DNA from: Candidatus Altimarinota bacterium
GTDB lineage: Bacteria; Patescibacteriota; Gracilibacteria; BD1-5; UBA6164
DNA: 51,179 nucleotides
Direction: 5' to 3'
Assembly: GCA_020631575.1 (NCBI GenBank)
Contig: JAHDGX010000002.1
Location: 1 to 51,179, forward strand
Positions 44,427 through 51,179 of the stretch are shown one piece after another (the first letter of the stretch is position 1; every line of letters starts with the position of its first letter). A program made the position numbers and the translations under genes. The notes under the pieces are model-generated. The model was not told the origin of the DNA. It made no database searches and saw only the letters and a program-made list of their open reading frames with translations.

Positions 44427-45767
44427 ATGAAAATTCTTGCTCCTATTTTGTTCTTCCTCTTGCCACTCCACGCATTTATTATAACAGTACTTAAGTGTAA
44501 ATATTCAGTTGATACCAACATCCTGAGGTTCTGGAAAGAAATTATGCTTTCAATCATGTGAATCATCATTCTCTATCAAGTCTACAGATCAGGGTCATCT
44601 CTGAGAAAACTCTACAAAAACAATACGCTTCTCTGGCTCATCAGTATCTTTATTGCTTGCTGCTGAGTATATATGTACTTCCCGTTTTTTGAACTTAAAG
44701 CAGCCTCAGTACTTGGGTTTCGTTATGATGCCTTCTTCTTTATTGCAATGATCGTATGACTTTATAGTGGCCTTATGTGAGAACTTCGTTCGCTTGTAAA
44801 AGTCCTATTTATATCAACTTTTTGAATCCTCATAATATTTCTCCCATGGTATCTTTTCGGAGATATTTCATCTCTCGCTGTAAAGTTTGGATACTCAGCT
44901 GAAGTATCAACCTATACTGCCAATAGTTGTATCAGTTTTGCCCAAAACGTAGATGGACAACATAGGTTTCAATGAACATTTGGATGACCAATTCGTTTCT
45001 CTGTATTCCTAACTATAGTGGGATCTCTCTTCGCGGGATGGCTTCTCTCATCGACACGCTTTACAAGAAAACAACAATACCTACTCGCTACTTGATTTGC
45101 AACTCTTATTCTTCCTGCTATATTCTTCTCGTATTCTAAAACATCTATTCTCTGAGCCCTCTTTGCAGCGTGAATATTTGTACTACTTGCGTACAAATAC
45201 ATACACAAAAAGAAAATAACTCGGCAATTTTATACCTACATGGCTGCTGGATTTACGACCCCCATCATTCTGGTTGCTCTCTTCAAGTGGGAATTATTCC
45301 TGCATTTATGAGCAGTACTCAATAGACTCGAAAATCTTTGAAAATCTGTGGAAATGTTCTTCTATAATCCATACTGATATGGCTTATGAATAGCTGGCCC
45401 AGCAAGTCAGATAGGAAACTCCATTGAGTCCGCTTGATCATGGCAGGTTGCAACTGCAACGGTTCTTAGAGTTCATAAGTTTCTTCCTGAAAACTGGTAC
45501 GTGCAAATAGCTCTTGAAATGTGAATCATAGGTATAAGTCTTTTTATGAGCCTGATTATTCTCATCGGATATAGACTGATACATCTCATTAAAAACAAGC
45601 GTGATTACATGAGCGTCTGAATTGCAACCGCATACTTCGCACTCTGTTTTATGGCTCTCTTCACGCACGCATTTGAAGAAGCTGCTACCAGTTATATACT
45701 CTTTTTCATTATTGGTATCGTACTTGCTGAAAGCATGAAAATAGAGCAAACAAAAGCAAAAAACTAG
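44427..45767 (+). CDS. Wzy_C / O-antigen-ligase-family polytopic membrane protein, 446 aa
   Basis: About 10 TM segments are present. The motif RVHKFLPENWYVQIALEM[G]II[G] resembles the conserved (H/N)N.yLq.l.e.GiiG loop of the O-antigen ligase / Wzy_C family. An alternative TTG start lies at 44376. Confidence 0.7.
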
Positions 45768-45768
45768 T

Positions 45769-47451
45769 ATGACCTACAAAATATCATATACATTCATTGT
45801 GGGGTTAATATGTATCCTAGGATCTCTCTATACAAGCTTCTTTTTTCATCTTAATGATATTATAAAAGTAGCAGATAGTTTTGCCTATTTTCAGATGAGT
45901 CACTTTCTTCAAAGCCTTTCTATAGAATGATTTTGAAATGGGTGGTTTGGATTTCTCTACTCCCTTCCTATTGCTGCAGTAAACTACGTTATTCACTCTG
46001 AAGTACTCGCAGCAAGAATCGTTAATATAATTCTTCTTAATATTTCAGCGCTCTTACTCTGGAAGGTATCAAGAAAAATTCTCTCCCAAAACTGGTCATA
46101 TATTGTGCTCATACTCTTTTTTATACACCCCACACTTCTCCATTTCCGAATTCATATACTGTCTGAAAATATATATATTCCTCTCTTTTTATCACTCTTT
46201 CTTTCGGTTATTATTTTTATAGAAAATATTCATTCTTATAAGAAGAGTGTCTCACAGACTATACTCATTGCGTGTCTTATCTGACTCATGTATCTTACCA
46301 GAGCAGAGGCATTTATATATATTGGTTCTATTGGAATAATCGCTTTATCTCTTATGATCAAGTGATCCATAGATATAAAGAAATTTCTCTCTCTCGGAGT
46401 TGTATTTTTTATAACATTTTTCTTGTTCATATCTCCATATTTGTTTTTTCTTCACTCTCTCACATGAGAATGGTGACTCACAAATAAATGAGCCTCAAAT
46501 CTCCGGCAAGCAGAACTCAGAGGGCAAGAGCAAATGGATGATAGTTGATTTGAAAGAGCTGTAGCAGAGCTCACAAGTGATAATAAACATCTCATTGCTG
46601 GTTTTGCAGGATGAATGCCATATAGTAAGCCTAGTATTGAGTGATCCCTTAAAAACTTTATATTAAAAGATCCTACATGATTTATTGATAGGATTCTCTG
46701 AAATCAAAAAAAACTATACACCACAAATTTTTCAGAGCTCTTTCTTGGTAAATCCCCTCAACTCTATCATTCAAATGACACAAGGTTCTCGCACCTGGGC
46801 TTTTTAGTAATAGTTCTTATTCCTATCTTCATATTTTTGCATGGTTTGCGAGAGCTTTATAAAAAACAAAAAAAATACTTTGGAATACTACTAAGTTTCT
46901 TTATTCCAGCATGTTTATTTTTCACACTCTTCTTTACGCTCAATAGATACTTTTTGATATTCATACCTTTTCTCATACTCATTTTTTGTTATGGAGCCAG
47001 CCAGCGAAATTCATTTAAATACACGAGTATTCTCAGCTGAGTAAGTATGATCTGTTATATTTCTCTCTTACTTCTTTCTACCTTTGTGTACTACAATACT
47101 GAATCACCAAAAGATAGTTATTATGAGCTCAAAAAAGAGGCTGGAGTATGGCTTTTTCAAAACATAGAAAATCCTCAAGAGTTGAAAATTATGGAACGAT
47201 TTCCTATCGTGACCTATTATTCTGATTCTAAAATACGCTACATTACCCCCTATACTTCCAATATAGAAGATATTTATGAATATGGCTTACACAATGATAT
47301 TGATATTCTCATTGCCGACAGTATGGACTTTCAAACCTATAGGCCAGAACTCAGTTATATCCTCTCTAAGACTCCAGATAACTTTAAACTGCTCAAAGAA
47401 TTTACAAACAGTAAAGAGCAGAAAGTTATTTTGTACAAACTCAAAAAATAA
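45769..47451 (+). CDS. GT-C-type (ArnT/PMT-like) membrane glycosyltransferase, 560 aa
   Basis: The ATG follows the previous stop by 1 nt. The frame is in phase with track ORFs 46837 and 47047. It has a multi-TM N-terminal two-thirds and a soluble C-terminal domain. The functional assignment rests on architecture only. Confidence 0.55.
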
Positions 47452-47480
47452 TATACTGATAAGTATATTATTTTTTATAT
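47450..47480 (+). terminator. weak AT-rich hairpin / terminator
   Basis: Stem aatatact, loop gata, stem agtatatt, followed by attttttat. Confidence 0.35.
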
Positions 47481-47487
47481 TATTTCT

Positions 47488-49545
47488 ATGTTACAAAAAC
47501 TTGTAAGTCTCGTTTTAGTCTTCCTGATTCCACTGAGTATAATTCACTCTGCTTTTTGAGACGATTCTCGCTCTTATATGTTAGAAAATATGTGAGAATA
47601 TAAAACATATGCTCTGGAAATGTGAGAGATGATTCCAAGTCTCGATGATAAGACTCTTGAGAGAGTTTCTCTTAAACTCTCTCAGATAGAATCTGATGAT
47701 GCGAAGCTTAATACCTTTGTAGAATATCTAGAACTCCTTATCTCAGATTCGCAGATACAAACAGTAGAAACAGTAAAGCAAGATCTAGGCCTCACTGAAA
47801 GCGAAAAAAGAAAGCTGGCAAGAGAAATAAAGAATATTGAATGAGACATGAAAAAAGAACTCAGTGAGTTTTTGGATGCTACCATATCATCATGGAACAC
47901 ACTCAGTAGATATGAAGAAAATGGTGACCTAAAAGCAAAACTTCAATATGCTGTTGAGAATCTCATAAAATTTGATGCTGAACTAAATATTTCAGAATAT
48001 ACCAATCAAGTACAAGTGTTTGACCAAAGTTTTGATGCTCAAATAGATGGATCATATACTACTGAGTTTTGGGGACAAAAAATAGATCTATCATGAGAAA
48101 GTAGTATAAACCTTATATCAAAATGAGGAGCGATATATTTGCGACTCAAAAATACTCAGCTCTCAAGCACAAACGAAGAAGTAGAGTTAGAACTCACTCC
48201 TCTTTTAGAAAAGCTCAATGAACTCTGAGAAAATAATACATATCTCTCATTTACTGATATAGACAGTGCAGAGATTATCTGATACCTTGAGAGTTTTAAC
48301 GGAAGTAGTTTAGAAAAAGAAATTGATGAAATATTCTCACAAGCACTTTTTGAAGCATATGCCAAAAATGAAGATGGATATCTCCTCAGACCAACAAAAC
48401 ATTTTTGTGATATGTGAAAAAAAATTACCAGAGTATTTGATCCATTTGGAGGGAAACTCTGTAGCGAGAAACAGTATGAAGATATGCTAGAAGATTTTTA
48501 CAAGTCGCAAACACAGATGGTTCTCTCACTTTGACTTGAAACAAAACTTTCGATTACAAACGCTCAAAGTATAGACGCATACGAAAAAATAAAAATCGAT
48601 TTTATTTGGAAAAATGCTTCTCTCAAAAACATGTCAATGACTATTTATGATGCTGCTGATCCTAGTATTTCATATTTAGATGTAAACTATACTCCTCAAA
48701 AATCACTTACTATAGTCTCAGATGTTCCTTGAGATCTCGAGCTCGATATGACTATGATATTTAACAGAGATGAATCCGTAAAATCTATGGACATGTCAAT
48801 GAAGCTAGAAGAAACGGTAACAGTAACAGCTCTCTATGACAATGATGCATTAGAAGCGAGCTTAGTATCAATAGATGATGATTTAGAAGTGACCTGCTCT
48901 ATAGCTTGAGATTTGGATAGCTCATATACTGATCTCACAGCAAAATGTATTCTCAGTGGGAAAGACGTAGAAAGAGAACTCACAAACGGTCAAGATTCTG
49001 TTCAAATAGACTCAGAGCTATATTTCAATGGAAGATCTCAAAAAAATGATTTGAGTTTTATGCTAGACGCGCAGCTGGATGAAGAGAACTATATTATCAT
49101 AGACATCACAAATACAGGAACTCGAAAAACAAGTTCACAAAAAAATATATCTGCTCCAACTAATACTGTAGATTATTTAGAATTCCTATGAAGTATAGAA
49201 ACGACAAATACTATCAATTATGATGCAGGTTACGAATATACATACGAAGAATATGATACTCATACTGAGTCATGTACCATCTATGATAATGGTGATAAAA
49301 ATTGTAGTAAATACTACAATGACAGGTCTGAAACATGTAACTACACAGCTGAAACTGACACAGAAACTTGTAGTACCTATGAATACGGCTATAGTATAGA
49401 AAACTATGAGTTTGATGATCACACTACCACATGTTATAGTTATGATGATGGAACATCTACTTGCTATGAGTATTATGATACTAAGACTCGGACTTGTAAC
49501 ATTAGTATAGAGAAAGAAATCAGCTGTAGTGAACGTGAATACTAG
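47488..49545 (+). CDS. secreted hypothetical protein with a C-terminal Cys/Tyr/Thr-rich module, 685 aa
   Basis: ATG 47488 and track ORFs 47629, 47848 and 48913 share one phase, ending at TAG 49543-49545. Signal peptide: MLQKLVSLVLVFLIPLSIIHSA. The last 100 aa or so carry 10 Cys spaced about 7-13 residues apart among Tyr/Thr/Asp/Glu. Confidence 0.75.
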
Positions 49546-50305
49546 AAAAATTCTTATCACCTATGCGCTTCCCAAAGAAGGGAAAGTTGCAAAGTCTTTT
49601 TTCGCGAATTATAAAAGTTCTCACCGTTTTGAGTTTCTAGAGCTCGGTATGTGAACACACAACACTCTACTAACACTCACTCAAAAGTTATCTGAGACAA
49701 AATATGATTTTGTGGTGAACTACGGAGTATGTTGATATACAGAGGAAAAAGAAGCTTGTATTCAGATAGCCCGAAGTGTGTATAGCCCGTCAGAAAAAGA
49801 ACTTACTATTCCTTTATTCTTCAAATTCGCTCCTCTCGCTTCATGTTTGTGTAGCGATAGACCAGTATATGATCCAAATACTCTTTGAGACCTCAAATAC
49901 GTTGATATGGAGAGTTATGGAGTAGAAAAGGTCTGTGAGCATTTTCGTATTCCTCGAATAATACTGAAAGTACCAATAGACAAGCTGTGAGAACAAACAC
50001 AGAATTTTGACAGAGAAGCTGCGTGTAAAACTATGGAAGAAAATCTCAATTTTCACGTGCTCACTCAGGGGATTAAAAAATATCTCGATTCTTTACAAGA
50101 GTCTCCAGAACTAGAAAAGTATAAAGATTTTTTCTGATTTACAGTCAGTGAGAATATAATATTTGAAAAATACTACCACGCTTATAGTTCTCTCTCTGAG
50201 AGAGATTTTGATGTATTTTATACTACAAATAAGAATCTCACTAAAGTGAAATTCCTAGAATTTTTGCGAGAAGAAATTAACTCTCTGAGAAATCTCATAT
50301 GATAA
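49529..50305 (+). CDS. nucleoside phosphorylase/nucleosidase-superfamily-like protein, 258 aa
   Basis: GTG start at 49529 or 49535, after the in-frame TAG at 49508. KILITYALPKE...DFVVNYGVC[G]YTEE...YVDMESYGVEKVC resembles the PNP_UDP_1 fold. It overlaps the upstream gene by 17 nt and the downstream gene by 7 nt. Confidence 0.5.
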
Positions 50306-51179
50306 TATATATAGAAAAGAGAGCAAAAAACTATCCCCAAGCTCAAGAAATAATATCTACATTTACGTCATCAGATATCGTAGAAATATCTCACTATAAA
50401 AATGTATTTGATAAAAATACAAGCTGACTGAAGGAGAAAAAAGCTCTTATAGTAGCAAAACTCGAGAGTCCTGCTATTACGGAGGCTCCAGCTTGATACG
50501 GTCATACAAAGCATGCTTATTTCTTTAAGACCTCTCTCAACTGTATTTACGATTGTAGTTACTGTTTTCTCAAATGAGCATTTAAAACTGAACATATGGT
50601 ATGCTTTGTAAACTATGATGATATCAAGTCTCAAATATCCAGACATATTCAAGAGCTTCAAAAAGAAAAACTCTCAGGAGACATCTGGATGTACTCAAGT
50701 GACTATAGTGACATACAGTGAATGGACTGATTTTCAAATTTTAATCAGGAATTTATAGAATTCTTCGAAGGATTTTCTGGAGTCAAAATGGAAATACGTA
50801 CAAAGTCATGAAATATCCAGAGCTTACTCAAGTTATGATATGCCCCGAAAAATACAGAAGTAGCATTTTCGCTTAACCCTCAAGAGCTTATTGATAAATA
50901 TGAAACTGGTACAGCGAGTCTCAAGCAAAGAATAACATCTATAAACACGCTCCTAGAAGCCTGATGGAAGGTAGGAATTCGCTTACTCCCTCTTTTGCCT
51001 GTAAAATGATATCAAAAGGTATATAAAAACTTCTTTTTGCAGCTGTCTCAAGAAATAGATATGAGCGCTATATATTCCAGCTTTGCCTCTGGGCTCTTAT
51101 TTACAAAGCGTGACTACAAAGTTATGCTCAAAAAATACCCTGACCTTGATATTCTGCACTATCTTTCTCTTGAGGAAGA
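50299..51179 (+). CDS. radical SAM protein, spore-photoproduct-lyase-like family (3' end outside the window)
   Basis: SLNCIYDCSYCFLK[G]AF carries the CxxxCxxC cluster in an SPL-like context. The frame is open to the window edge. Confidence 0.6.

Noticed and set aside
1-51179. Genetic code 4 (UGA = Trp), as in Mycoplasma
   Set aside because: TGA aligns with invariant Gly in S12, L27, GyrA and the GxGxR motif. It also alternates with GGG/GGA at homologous repeat positions. TGG is used normally for Trp, for example TGG-TGA encodes the WG dipeptide.
1-51179. Massive pseudogenisation as the explanation for fragmented housekeeping genes
   Set aside because: The fragments keep phase across every break. 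The breaks are exclusively TGA, and sequence conservation continues undiminished after each TGA.

Overview
AT-rich 51-kb window that is only coherent under translation table 25 (UGA = Gly), the code of Gracilibacteria and Absconditabacteria/SR1 in the Candidate Phyla Radiation. In the standard-code ORF track, conserved genes (gyrA, infB, rpoA, rpsL, rpsD, trpS, yidC, rnj, pyrH) are broken into same-phase pieces separated only by TGA. Those TGAs sit at invariant Gly positions. Re-reading with TAA/TAG as the only stops gives about 50 tightly packed genes. The core set is alaS (partial), gyrA, a fused ribosomal-protein/rpoA/infA super-operon ending in tRNA-Thr, infB, jag-like, trpS, rpmH-rnpA-yidC, pyrH and RNase J. 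The accessory content is concentrated in five places. (i) A 1373-aa acidic orphan protein (312-4433). (ii) A co-directional block at 22349-31668 (-): a 1286-aa Ala-rich coiled-coil protein, an ATP-grasp-like protein, a 56-aa Thr/Glu-rich lipobox peptide and a 1365-aa repeat adhesin, with a separately terminated LPETG-anchored protein upstream. (iii) A 686-aa type IV prepilin N-terminus fused to about 10 RCC1-like blades. (iv) Four tandem VirB2/TrbC-like small membrane proteins followed by an HExxH peptidase. (v) Divergent from (iv), a GT4 / Wzy_C / GT-C glycosylation module and a Cys/Tyr/Thr-rich secreted protein. I found no CRISPR array, rRNA or recognisable mobile element. All functional calls come from reading motifs by eye; no database search was run.
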